Shown here: positions 1-8,511 of the stretch, piece by piece
Numbering within the stretch: the stretch's first letter is position 1
How the letters are laid out: every line of letters starts with the position of its first letter
Assembly (NCBI GenBank): GCA_031266115.1
Contig: JAISBQ010000253.1
Location: 1 to 36,339 of the forward strand
DNA length: 36,339 bases
DNA from: Bifidobacteriaceae bacterium
GTDB taxonomy: Bacteria > Actinomycetota > Actinomycetes > Actinomycetales > WQXJ01
Direction: 5' to 3'
Notes under the pieces: model-generated
Databases searched by the model: none
What the model was told of the DNA's origin: nothing
The model's input: the letters and a program-made list of their open reading frames with translations, nothing else
Position numbers and translations under genes: made by a program

Positions 1-993
1 CCCCGCGATGGCCCCCTCGGCGAGCGCCCCATCCGCCCCGCCGATCCCGGTGATCTCACCGGCCGCCCACACCCCGCACACCGAGGTGCGCATGTCGCCG
101 TCGACGGCGACAAGCCGGCGTGGAGTCAGCGCACACCCAGCCGCGAGCGCCAGGTCGAGCCGGGGGACGAACCCATGGCCGAGACACGCCGCGTCGACCT
201 CCACCTGGCGGTGTGAGCCCGGAATCGGACGCCAATCGGGGTCGAGGCGGGCGAGGGTAACAGCCTCGACCCGGCCGTCACCATGTGCCGCGACTACCGC
301 CTCGCCGGCGCGCCACGGCACTCGACCCCTGCGCATCGCCCGGACGTAGGTTGCCAGCTCCCCCACCTTGCCCACCGCCGAGACCAGTTCCCACGGCCGT
401 GTGAGCCAGTGTCGCGCCAGGTGTCCACGACGGTTCGCCTCATGAACACCCACCACCGTGGCGCCCACGTCCACCAACGCAGCCGCCACGGGCAGCAGGA
501 ACGGCCCCGTGCCCGCGACAATCACGCGCCGCCCCACCGCGATCCCCTCCCCCCTGGCGAACGCTTGGGCGGCCCCAGCCGTGTACACCCCGGGCAACTC
601 CCAGCCTGGGAACGGGACCATCGCGTCATAGGCGCCGGTGGCCAGCACCAACGCGTCGAATTCCCGCACCTGCACGCACCTGTCCGCCGCGTCCGGTTCG
701 CCGGTCGCGGTGACGAGACGGACGCCATCGTCGGTGCGGGCGATAAGGCACACCTCGGTGGAGGTGGCGATCTCGGTGCCCTGGGCCACGGTGCGGTCAC
801 GCAGGCGGGCAAACAGATCGGGCCGATGGAGCGGCGGGAGGGCGGCTGGAGGATCGCACAGGGGCTGGCGCCAGTATTGGCCGCCAACGCCATCGGCGGC
901 ATCGATGAGAGTGACGTGGGCGCCGACGCGGCCCGCGGCCCACGCGGCCACCAAGCCGGCCGGACCTGCGCCGACCACCGCCACGTGGGTCAT
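1..993 (-). CDS. FAD/NAD(P)-dependent oxidoreductase, HcnB/opine-oxidase subunit A-like (3' end beyond left edge)
   Basis: Not in the ORF track because it has no stop in the window. Translated by hand from ATG 993: MTHVAVVGAGPAGLVAAWAA...LIDAADGVGGQYWRQ (Rossmann GxGxxG), LVLATGAYD..PFPGWELPGVYTAGAAQ, VAGTGPFLL, VWAAGEITGIGGA. An in-frame alternative ATG lies at 1020. Confidence 0.88.
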   Translation of the reverse strand, partial: MTHVAVVGAGPAGLVAAWAAGRVGAHVTLIDAADGVGGQYWRQPLCDPPAALPPLHRPDLFARLRDRTVAQGTEIATSTEVCLIARTDDGVRLVTATGEPDAADRCVQVREFDALVLATGAYDAMVPFPGWELPGVYTAGAAQAFARGEGIAVGRRVIVAGTGPFLLPVAAALVDVGATVVGVHEANRRGHLARHWLTRPWELVSAVGKVGELATYVRAMRRGRVPWRAGEAVVAAHGDGRVEAVTLARLDPDWRPIPGSHRQVEVDAACLGHGFVPRLDLALAAGCALTPRRLVAVDGDMRTSVCGVWAAGEITGIGGADGALAEGAIAG

Positions 994-1054
994 TGGCCGA
1001 CCACCGCACGTGGGTGCCATGAGGGGGGCAGCGCCGAGGTGACCGTCACCCTGG

Positions 1055-2656
1055 TCATGAGGTCACCGCCGCTGGGTTGCGGCTCACGGCGTCGCCGTCG
1101 TGGGCGCGGCGCTGGCATGCGCGGATGTCACGGTCGCCGTTGACGGTGACCAGGCAGTCGAAGCAGACGCCGATGCCGCACAGGACGCCACGTGGGGCAC
1201 CTGACCGGGCTGTGCGCCACGCGCGATACCCGCCACCAAGCAGGATCCCGGCGACGGTCTGGCCAGCCCTGCCCCGCACGGCCTCGCCCTCGAACCGAAT
1301 GACGATGTCGCCGCCGCGCCGCGGTGATGCGGGTGCCCGCGGTCCGGAGCCCGGACCGATGTGGGGAGGCCGCGCGCGGGCCGGTGATGGAGGGCGTGCG
1401 GCCGTCGTCGTGGCGGCCGCGGCCGCGCTGAGCGACGGACGCTCGGGCGAGAACGGGGTGGGATCGATCGACGATCCGGCCGCGCTCGGCCTATCCGGCA
1501 AGCCGGCGCCGACCATCAACTCGGCCACCAGATCACCGGTGGCCGGTGCGAGACCGATCCCAGCGCCCTCGTGTCCGGTCGCGCACCACAGACCGGGTAG
1601 GCGATCGAAGCTTCCGATCACCGGCAGATGGTCCGGTACGAACGGGCGAAAGCCCAGGTAGGCACGCATAAGACCGACCTCGGCGAGGAAGGGAAACAGG
1701 GAGATCGCCCGGCGGGCGATCTCGGCGAGCACCATTGGGCGTAGGCCAGCGTCGAAGCCGACCTGTTCGCGGCTCGATCCGATCAGCACCGTCCCGGCGC
1801 GCGTCGATTCCACCACGGCGCTCACCCGCAACCCCGCGGCGGCGGACTGGGTCGCGGCCACGTAGTCGCCGTCGTACACCTTGTGCCGCACCCGCCGTGG
1901 CATCGGCATGGTGACCAGCACCATCCCACGCCGAGGGGACACGGGAAGGTCCACGCCGAGGCGCCGACCCACCTCACCGGACCATGGCCCGGCAGCGAGC
2001 ACCACACCGGCCGCTGACACATCTCCGGCCGTGGTTCGCACACCGCCAAGCCGTCCCCCACGCCCGCCGAGGGGCCCAGTCACCTCGACACCGGGGTGGA
2101 TAGTGGCACCGGCGCGGCGCGCCGAGGCCAGCAGCGCCTGGGTGGCGATCACCGGGTGAAGCTGCGCATCTTGCGGGTAGTGGACCGCCGCGACGATCCC
2201 GTCGGCCAGGTCCGGTTCGAGTTCCCGCCATCGGTCCTCGCTGAGGTTGACAGCGTCCACGCCGGCGCCCCGCCCGGCTCGGGCAAACTCACCCAGCCGC
2301 GCCGCACCGTCCTGCGAAGCGACGGCGACAATCCCGCCCTTGCGCTCAAACTCCAGGCCGGGGAACCTCGGGCCGAGTTCCTCGGCGAGCTCGGCGGCAA
2401 GCTCGGCCCAGCGACGCAGCGACACCAGGGCCATGTCGAGTTCGGGCCCAGGACCCTTGTCTGAGACGAGGAGATTGCCCTCACCGTGGGCGCTTGTCTC
2501 TGCCCCCGGCTGGCCCTTGTCGAGGACCGCGACGCCGACCCCGGCCCGCGCCAGCGCCCGGGCGCAGGCTGCCCCGACGATCCCCGCGCCGATGATCACG
2601 ACATCCACCGCTCGTGGAAGGTCCCCGGTGCCCCGCGCCAGAGCCAACCCGTCCAC
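1055..2656 (-). CDS. FAD-dependent D-amino-acid oxidase-family oxidoreductase (HcnC-like) fused to a C-terminal 2Fe-2S (HcnA/Fer2_4-like) domain
   Basis: Part of ORF 1055..2932. Motifs DVVIIGAGIVGAACA, GPGAETSAHGEGNLLVSDK, VVLAAGPWS, GFRPFVPDHLPVIG, ATGHEGAGIGLAPATG, then RGVLCGIGVCFDCLVTVNG...RAC. The first ~90 aa of the track ORF look non-coding; GTG 2656 is a best-guess start. Confidence 0.85.
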   Translation of the reverse strand: MDGLALARGTGDLPRAVDVVIIGAGIVGAACARALARAGVGVAVLDKGQPGAETSAHGEGNLLVSDKGPGPELDMALVSLRRWAELAAELAEELGPRFPGLEFERKGGIVAVASQDGAARLGEFARAGRGAGVDAVNLSEDRWRELEPDLADGIVAAVHYPQDAQLHPVIATQALLASARRAGATIHPGVEVTGPLGGRGGRLGGVRTTAGDVSAAGVVLAAGPWSGEVGRRLGVDLPVSPRRGMVLVTMPMPRRVRHKVYDGDYVAATQSAAAGLRVSAVVESTRAGTVLIGSSREQVGFDAGLRPMVLAEIARRAISLFPFLAEVGLMRAYLGFRPFVPDHLPVIGSFDRLPGLWCATGHEGAGIGLAPATGDLVAELMVGAGLPDRPSAAGSSIDPTPFSPERPSLSAAAAATTTAARPPSPARARPPHIGPGSGPRAPASPRRGGDIVIRFEGEAVRGRAGQTVAGILLGGGYRAWRTARSGAPRGVLCGIGVCFDCLVTVNGDRDIRACQRRAHDGDAVSRNPAAVTS

Positions 2657-3059
2657 CGCAAGGGAAGGGCCCGCCCGCTCGCGGGCGACCCGCCGGCCCT
2701 GGACCCGGTCCGTCGCTCCCGTGCGGTCTACCGCGTGTGCAGCAGGACCGGACGGTGTCACGCTGGGGCTCCTCGGATCGGGCCGGCCCCACCTCGAAGT
2801 GGGACGCCAACGACGCCCCAACCCTACTGCCCGCCCTGGTGGACTGGCGCGGGAGGCCTGGACCTCGGGTAGTTGGTGCCGAGTTGAGCCGTCGGGTAGC
2901 AAATCCTCCCTCCCGGGAGCCCAAACACTCAACTCGGCGGTCTGCGGAGCCCCCGGAGACGGCGAGTCCGAGGGTTCGAGTCGTGGATCCGGCGTTGTGA
3001 GGACTCAATGGCTCAACTCGGCAACCACCGTGCGTGGCCGGCGTGAGAGGCTAGTGGCG

Positions 3060-4886
3060 ATGTCCGTCTTCCGGCGCCAGCCGCGCCTTGACCTTAGTGT
3101 CGATCTCGCGCTACCCCTGGGGCCACAGTTCGCGCCGCACGCCGGCAGCGACCGGCTCGACATCGCCGTGCCCGATGCCGCAACTCTCCGGGCGCTGGCG
3201 TGGGCGGACCCGGACGTGTGGCACGGACACACCGTCGCGGTGCACATCGCCCCCTACACCCCGCCGGCTCCGGGGTGGCGCCCCAGGCTTCCCGCGCTCG
3301 GCACCCTCGCTGACTTCACCGTCACCCGCGACGACGCCGGTGGCGGGCTCACCCTAAGACTCACGTTGGCCGAGGCCGCCCCTCTCGCCGCGTTCGCCCA
3401 CGCGCTGGCTGGCGTGGCCGAACCGCTGCCCGCCCGTCTGGCTCAGGCGCGGGCCGCCATCGGCGTCGAGACGCCCGAGCCATTGACGCAAGCACCTACG
3501 GTGCTCGCTGTCCCGGATCCGGAGGGCGGCGACGCCTCGGACCCGACCGTGCCCCCCTGGGATCTGGTCGCCGACTTGGGTCAGGTCCCCGAACCCGGCT
3601 CGGATTCCCTCACCCGCGTGCATGTGCGCACCCCGCGGCCACTCGTCGACCTCACCGTCCACAACCCCGTGGGCAGACCCCCGTTCCGCGCAACCCGCCA
3701 GGCCAGCGCCACCATGGAGTCAGGCACCATACGCCTGACCCCGACGCCACCGTCGAGGCAGCGCGCCGCCGTGGCTCTCCCGGTGGATCGACCGCTCACC
3801 CGGCGGCAAGTCGCGTGGCTTCACCGCTGCGCCTCGTCCCTGGATTGCCGCGCCTTGACCCCCTCCACCGACGATGACGTCCCTCACGTGGCCGCCCGCC
3901 TCGCCGAGATCGCCGCCACGGGGACCGTGCTGCACGGGGTTCCGCGGCCTGCCACCCGGGGGCTCGACGAGGACCTGGCGACGATGATTGCCAGCCCTTG
4001 GTTCCCCGACAAGGCACTGGCCGTGGAAGGTGAGTTGCGCTCGGTCCGGGGGCGCCGACGGGCCCTGCAGGCCCATTCGCTGGCCGCCCGCTGGTTCGCG
4101 CCGGCCGATCCGGGGGCGCCCCCGCCGCTGGTGGCCGCCCCGGAAGTGTCGGTGGTCCTGGCGACGAAACGGCCGGACAACCTCGCGGTGATCGTGCCCC
4201 AGATCGCCGCCGAGTCCTATCCGCGTATGGAGATTCTGGTCGCCATCCACGGCGACGCCGAGGCTCCGGGCCTGCCCCAGCTCCAGGCTTGGGCGGGTGG
4301 CCGCCCGCTCCGTGCCGCCCGCTTCGCGCCGAGCGCCACCCTGGGGGAGATTCTGGGTCGCCTGTCGTCGATGGCTGACGGCCAACTCATCGCCAAGATG
4401 GACGATGACGATCGGTACGGTACCCATCACCTCGCCGATCTGGTGCTCGCCCAGGCGTACTCGCGGGCCGACATCGTCGGCATGGCGTTGTGGCACCGGT
4501 ATTACGTGGCGCGGAATCTGTCCACGGCGGCGAAGCGGCGAACCTCGGAGGGCTACACGCACTTCGTGCCCGGCGGCACCCTGACCATCACGCGCCAGGC
4601 GCTGAGCGAAGTGGGGGGGTGGCGGCCGGTGCCGCGTTCGGTGGATCGAGCGCTGCTGCAACGGGTGCAACGTCTCGGGGGGCTGGTGTATCGGACGCAT
4701 GGGTTTGGTTATGTCTACTGCCGTTACCCAGACGGACACACCTGGAACCCAGATGACGAGGCCGTGATCGCCAAGGCCGGCGACCGCTGGGCCGGCCCTG
4801 CACCCGTTCACCTGGAGATGCCGAACGCGTTCGACCAGGCGACATGCGTGGTGGCTCCGTGGGCTCGCCCAGTGGAATCGGGCTGA
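3060..4886 (+). CDS. Glycosyltransferase with C-terminal GT2/GT-A domain and uncharacterised N-terminal region
   Basis: 3' part of ORF 2247..4886; the upstream part is antisense to the DAO gene. Motifs PEVSVVLATKRP, YPRMEILVAIHG, LIAKMDDDDRYG (DxD), LSEVGGW. Start placed at ATG 3060. Confidence 0.8.
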   Translation: MSVFRRQPRLDLSVDLALPLGPQFAPHAGSDRLDIAVPDAATLRALAWADPDVWHGHTVAVHIAPYTPPAPGWRPRLPALGTLADFTVTRDDAGGGLTLRLTLAEAAPLAAFAHALAGVAEPLPARLAQARAAIGVETPEPLTQAPTVLAVPDPEGGDASDPTVPPWDLVADLGQVPEPGSDSLTRVHVRTPRPLVDLTVHNPVGRPPFRATRQASATMESGTIRLTPTPPSRQRAAVALPVDRPLTRRQVAWLHRCASSLDCRALTPSTDDDVPHVAARLAEIAATGTVLHGVPRPATRGLDEDLATMIASPWFPDKALAVEGELRSVRGRRRALQAHSLAARWFAPADPGAPPPLVAAPEVSVVLATKRPDNLAVIVPQIAAESYPRMEILVAIHGDAEAPGLPQLQAWAGGRPLRAARFAPSATLGEILGRLSSMADGQLIAKMDDDDRYGTHHLADLVLAQAYSRADIVGMALWHRYYVARNLSTAAKRRTSEGYTHFVPGGTLTITRQALSEVGGWRPVPRSVDRALLQRVQRLGGLVYRTHGFGYVYCRYPDGHTWNPDDEAVIAKAGDRWAGPAPVHLEMPNAFDQATCVVAPWARPVESG

Positions 4887-5109
4887 GGCGCGCACCACGC
4901 CACAGACCTCATGTCCACCACGTGAGCTAACCCTTGTCCGCCAAGGGGGTCAACCTCAGTGTCCGTCGCGGCTGGATCCCTCACTGGTAGGCTGGCGCCT
5001 CGTTGCCGGCTTGGTGGCCCTCGACATCGGTGCTCCCACTCGGCGCCAGATCGTCCTTGCCACCTCGTATCTCGCCAGTTGGCATCGCACTTGCTAAGGG
5101 AGCCGCGCA

Positions 5110-8100
5110 ATGCCGCCCAGCCCACGCCCACCGGCAGGCAAGTCCGACGCCGGCGCGCCGACCCGGCGGAGCCCCGAGCAGCGCCGCGCCCTGATCGCCA
5201 AGCTCTTCAACCCCCGCTGGTACGCGCGGCGCCGCTTCACGCCGGATGATGCGCCGGGCACGCCGTCGACGCCCGCCACGGACCTCGACTCCGGTCAGCT
5301 GCTCACGGATTACATCGAATGCGGTGCCGCGCTCGACCTCCCGCCACACCCCCTGTTCGATCCGGTGTGGTACCGCGCCCAGCGGCCGGACCGGGCCAAG
5401 GGTGAACTGCTCGTGGAGCACTATTTGTCGCGCGGCGCGCACCTGTCGCCACATCCGTGCTTCGACCCCGCGTCTCCCGCGGCGAAGGCCGCGCCGCCCG
5501 GGCGCAATCCGCTCCTGTACTACCTGCGCCACTCCGAAACATGGGGGCTTGCTCCCAATCCCTTGTTCGATGGCGCGCGCTACCTGCGCGAATCCCCGGA
5601 CGTCGCACAGGCCGGGGCTCATCCCCTGCTTCACTATCTCCGTGCCGGCCGGCGCGAAGGGCGCGGGACCTTCCCCCGGGTGGATTTGGCCCTCTTCAGT
5701 GCGGTGGCCGGCGGCGTCTCCCGGCAAGGCGCCTTGGTGGATTTCCTCAGCGCGCACCGGCCTTCGGCGGCGGTAGCCAAAGCCGAGATTCCCTTGGCCG
5801 CGATCGAGGAGCCCGCACGGACCGCCACCGCCTTAGAATCAGCGCGCTGGGCCTACACCGAGAAGGCTATTGTGCGCCGGGCGCGTCTCTACGCAGCGGT
5901 TGCCCCACTCTTCGATCCGGAGTGGTATGCCGCACAACGTTTTGGGCCCGACCTCGCCGGTGACCTTGGCGCGCTCGATATTGGGGCCGGTACCCTGCTC
6001 GACGATTATCTTCTGGTCGGTGCGGCGATGGGCCTCGCCCCTCACCCGCTGTTCGATCCACGCTGGTATGCCGGTCGTGTGGGTCATATCCCAGAGAACA
6101 TGGTGGCGGTGGAACACTATCTGACCCATGGTGCGGCCATCTCACCGCACCCCGCCTTCGACCCCACATCGCCAGCAGCCAAGGCCGCTCCCGATGGCGC
6201 AAATCCCCTCGTCCACTATCTGACTCACCCGCAGACGTGGCGCCTGGCACCCAACGACCTTTTCGACGGTGACTATTACTTGGACACGTATTCCGACGTC
6301 ACCTTGGTCCAGATGAATCCGCTCGTCCACTATCTGCTGTATGGGGAGGCCGAAAAGCGTTCTCCTTCACCGCGGTTCAGTCCTGAAGTCTACCGGGGAA
6401 TGGTGGCGGTCCCGGCCGGAGAAAACACCGTCGTCTATTGCCTGCGGCAGCGCGGCGGAGACGATTCTCCCAATACCGAAGGAATCGCGTTCGCGGTGCA
6501 CGAGAGACCGCTCGTGTCGATTGTCATTCCGGTGTACGGCCATTGGGCGCATACCCGTGCCTGTCTCCTCGCGTTGGCCGCCTCGGATCCGGAGCCCAGC
6601 TTCGAAGTGATCGTTGTCGACGATGCCGGTCCGGACCACACCGCTGACCTCCTGGCCGGCGCATCGGGGGTGACGGTGATCCGTCACGAGACCAACACCG
6701 GCTATGTGGGCGCCTGCAACACGGGAATCGCCGCCGCCCGCGGCACCTATATTGCGCTCCTCAATAACGACACCCGTGTCGCCCCAGATTGGCTGGCCCC
6801 CCTGGTGGAAACACTGACGGACGATGGCGTAGGGCTAGTGGGCGCGAAACTCATCTATCCCGACGGTCAGCTTCAAGAGGCCGGCGGGATCATTTTCTCC
6901 GATGGTTCCGGATTCAACTATGGCCATGGCCATCCAGCGGCGAACTCGGAGTTCAATTACCGGAGAGTTGTCGACTACTGCTCGGGAGCCGCCATCGTTG
7001 TCCGCGCCTCGATTCTGCATGAGTTGGGTGGCTTGGACGAGACCTTCGCCCCCGCGTACTACGATGATACAGATCTGGCATTCGCCGTGCGCGCTGCCGG
7101 CTATTCGGTGGTCTACGATCCGCGCGCGGTGGTGATTCACGACGAGGGCGTATCCCATGGCACGGACGAGTCGACAGGAATCAAAGCCTATCAGGTGGTC
7201 AATCAACTCAAGTTCCGGGAAAAATGGGCCGGAGTCTTGACGTGGCAGCTACCCCCCGCACCTGAATTGGTTGAGCGCGCCGCCCGCGCGCATCAGGGGC
7301 GAGACCTCGTTGTGGTGATCGACCACCTCATCCCCGACCCGAATGAGGATTCTGGCTCTGTGAGAATGACCGGGCTGATCAAGGAGTTGATTCGCCAGGG
7401 GCATGGAGTCCTCTTCATTCCGCACCTACCACGAGTCGGCACACGTGAGGGTGCCGCGCTGCGCGCGATGGGCGTGGAAGTCGCCTACGGTCCCCACGAT
7501 TGGCCCGAGTTTCTCGCGGCGCTGGATGGATCAGTCTCGGCGGTGATCGTATCGCGAATTCCCACAGCCCTCGCGTTCGCCCCCGTGGTCCGAGCGGCCT
7601 TGCCGGGGGTTCCGTTGATCTTCGACACGGTGGACCTACACTTCCTGCGGCTCGAACGCGAGGCCGGCATCGCGCCCACACCTGGCGCTCTAGCCGCCGC
7701 CAGCCTGACCCGCGAGTTGGAATTGGCCATGATCCGGGCGAGCGAGACCACCTTGGTGGTCTCGCAGGTGGAGAGGGACTTGTTGGCTCCATTGGTCCCC
7801 GAGGCCAATATCCAGGTCCTGTCGAATGTGCACGAGCGCCTCGCCGATGAAGCGATCGCCGGCGTTGAAGGCCGCGACGGCATAGTCTTCGTGGGTAGCT
7901 TCGCCCACACTCCCAACCAGGACGCGGTGCGGTGGTTTGTCGCCGAAGTGCTGCCGCTCGTCCGCCGCACGCTCCCTGACATGCCGGTACGCATTGTCGG
8001 CAAGAACCCACCAGACATCCTGATCGACGAAGCGCCTCCCGGCGTCGAGTATCTCGGCTGGGTTGAGAGTCTCGCGGGAGTCTATGCTTCGGCCCGGATG

Positions 8101-8412
8101 GCGATCGCGCCGCTGCGGTATGGAGCCGGAGTCAAGGGCAAGATCGGCGAGGCCATGGCCTTCGGGATCCCGGTCATCACCACGTCGGTGGGCGCGGAGG
8201 GTATGGGGCTCGAGGACGGCAAGACCGCGATGGTGGCCGATTCTGCAGAAGGGTTCGCGGCCGCCATCGTCCAGATGGACTCGGACGATGCCCTGTGGCG
8301 GCGCGTGGCGCGCGACGCGCGCGAGCATGTGGACCGCACCCTCGGCACCGCCCGGTTCGCCGAGGTGTTGCGCGATGTGATCACTCCGCCAGGCCAGCTT
8401 GGGGGGCGTTGA
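5110..8412 (+). CDS. Multidomain glycosyltransferase: N-terminal FDxxWY/HYL repeats + GT2 + GT4-like domain (surface polysaccharide synthesis)
   Basis: 1100-aa ORF with GGGAG upstream of the ATG. GT2: PLVSIVIPVYG, EVIVVDDAGPD, NTGYVGACNTG, ALLNNDTRV, YCSGAA, APAYYDDTDL. GT4-like: FVGSFAHTPNQDAV, APLRYGAGVKGKIGEAMAFGIPVITTSVGAEG. Confidence 0.92.
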   Translation: MPPSPRPPAGKSDAGAPTRRSPEQRRALIAKLFNPRWYARRRFTPDDAPGTPSTPATDLDSGQLLTDYIECGAALDLPPHPLFDPVWYRAQRPDRAKGELLVEHYLSRGAHLSPHPCFDPASPAAKAAPPGRNPLLYYLRHSETWGLAPNPLFDGARYLRESPDVAQAGAHPLLHYLRAGRREGRGTFPRVDLALFSAVAGGVSRQGALVDFLSAHRPSAAVAKAEIPLAAIEEPARTATALESARWAYTEKAIVRRARLYAAVAPLFDPEWYAAQRFGPDLAGDLGALDIGAGTLLDDYLLVGAAMGLAPHPLFDPRWYAGRVGHIPENMVAVEHYLTHGAAISPHPAFDPTSPAAKAAPDGANPLVHYLTHPQTWRLAPNDLFDGDYYLDTYSDVTLVQMNPLVHYLLYGEAEKRSPSPRFSPEVYRGMVAVPAGENTVVYCLRQRGGDDSPNTEGIAFAVHERPLVSIVIPVYGHWAHTRACLLALAASDPEPSFEVIVVDDAGPDHTADLLAGASGVTVIRHETNTGYVGACNTGIAAARGTYIALLNNDTRVAPDWLAPLVETLTDDGVGLVGAKLIYPDGQLQEAGGIIFSDGSGFNYGHGHPAANSEFNYRRVVDYCSGAAIVVRASILHELGGLDETFAPAYYDDTDLAFAVRAAGYSVVYDPRAVVIHDEGVSHGTDESTGIKAYQVVNQLKFREKWAGVLTWQLPPAPELVERAARAHQGRDLVVVIDHLIPDPNEDSGSVRMTGLIKELIRQGHGVLFIPHLPRVGTREGAALRAMGVEVAYGPHDWPEFLAALDGSVSAVIVSRIPTALAFAPVVRAALPGVPLIFDTVDLHFLRLEREAGIAPTPGALAAASLTRELELAMIRASETTLVVSQVERDLLAPLVPEANIQVLSNVHERLADEAIAGVEGRDGIVFVGSFAHTPNQDAVRWFVAEVLPLVRRTLPDMPVRIVGKNPPDILIDEAPPGVEYLGWVESLAGVYASARMAIAPLRYGAGVKGKIGEAMAFGIPVITTSVGAEGMGLEDGKTAMVADSAEGFAAAIVQMDSDDALWRRVARDAREHVDRTLGTARFAEVLRDVITPPGQLGGR

Positions 8413-8455
8413 CCCGACCTCGGCTGATGTCACTCGCTCGTCCCCAGTGGGTCGT

Positions 8456-8500
8456 CTTGCCTCAAACGGGATGGTTGACTTGCCTCAAACGGGATGGTTG
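8456..8500 (+). repeat. Perfect 22-bp tandem direct repeat (CTTGCCTCAAACGGGATGGTTG x2), probable operator
   Basis: Copies at 8456-8477 and 8479-8500, separated by one A. The second copy ends on the GGAGG RBS of the ATPase gene. Confidence 0.9.
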
Positions 8501-8511
8501 GAGGCCAAGAC

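Noticed and set aside
283-1143. 286-aa plus-strand ORF
   Set aside because: Antisense shadow of the HcnB-like gene; His/Arg-rich with no motifs.
1-2656. Calling the locus hydrogen cyanide synthase (hcnABC)
   Set aside because: The same fold set is shared by opine and D-hydroxyproline dehydrogenases; the substrate cannot be read from motifs.
2247-3059. N-terminal 271 aa of the 879-aa ORF
   Set aside because: Mostly antisense to the DAO gene and low-complexity; the protein-like sequence starts at ATG 3060.
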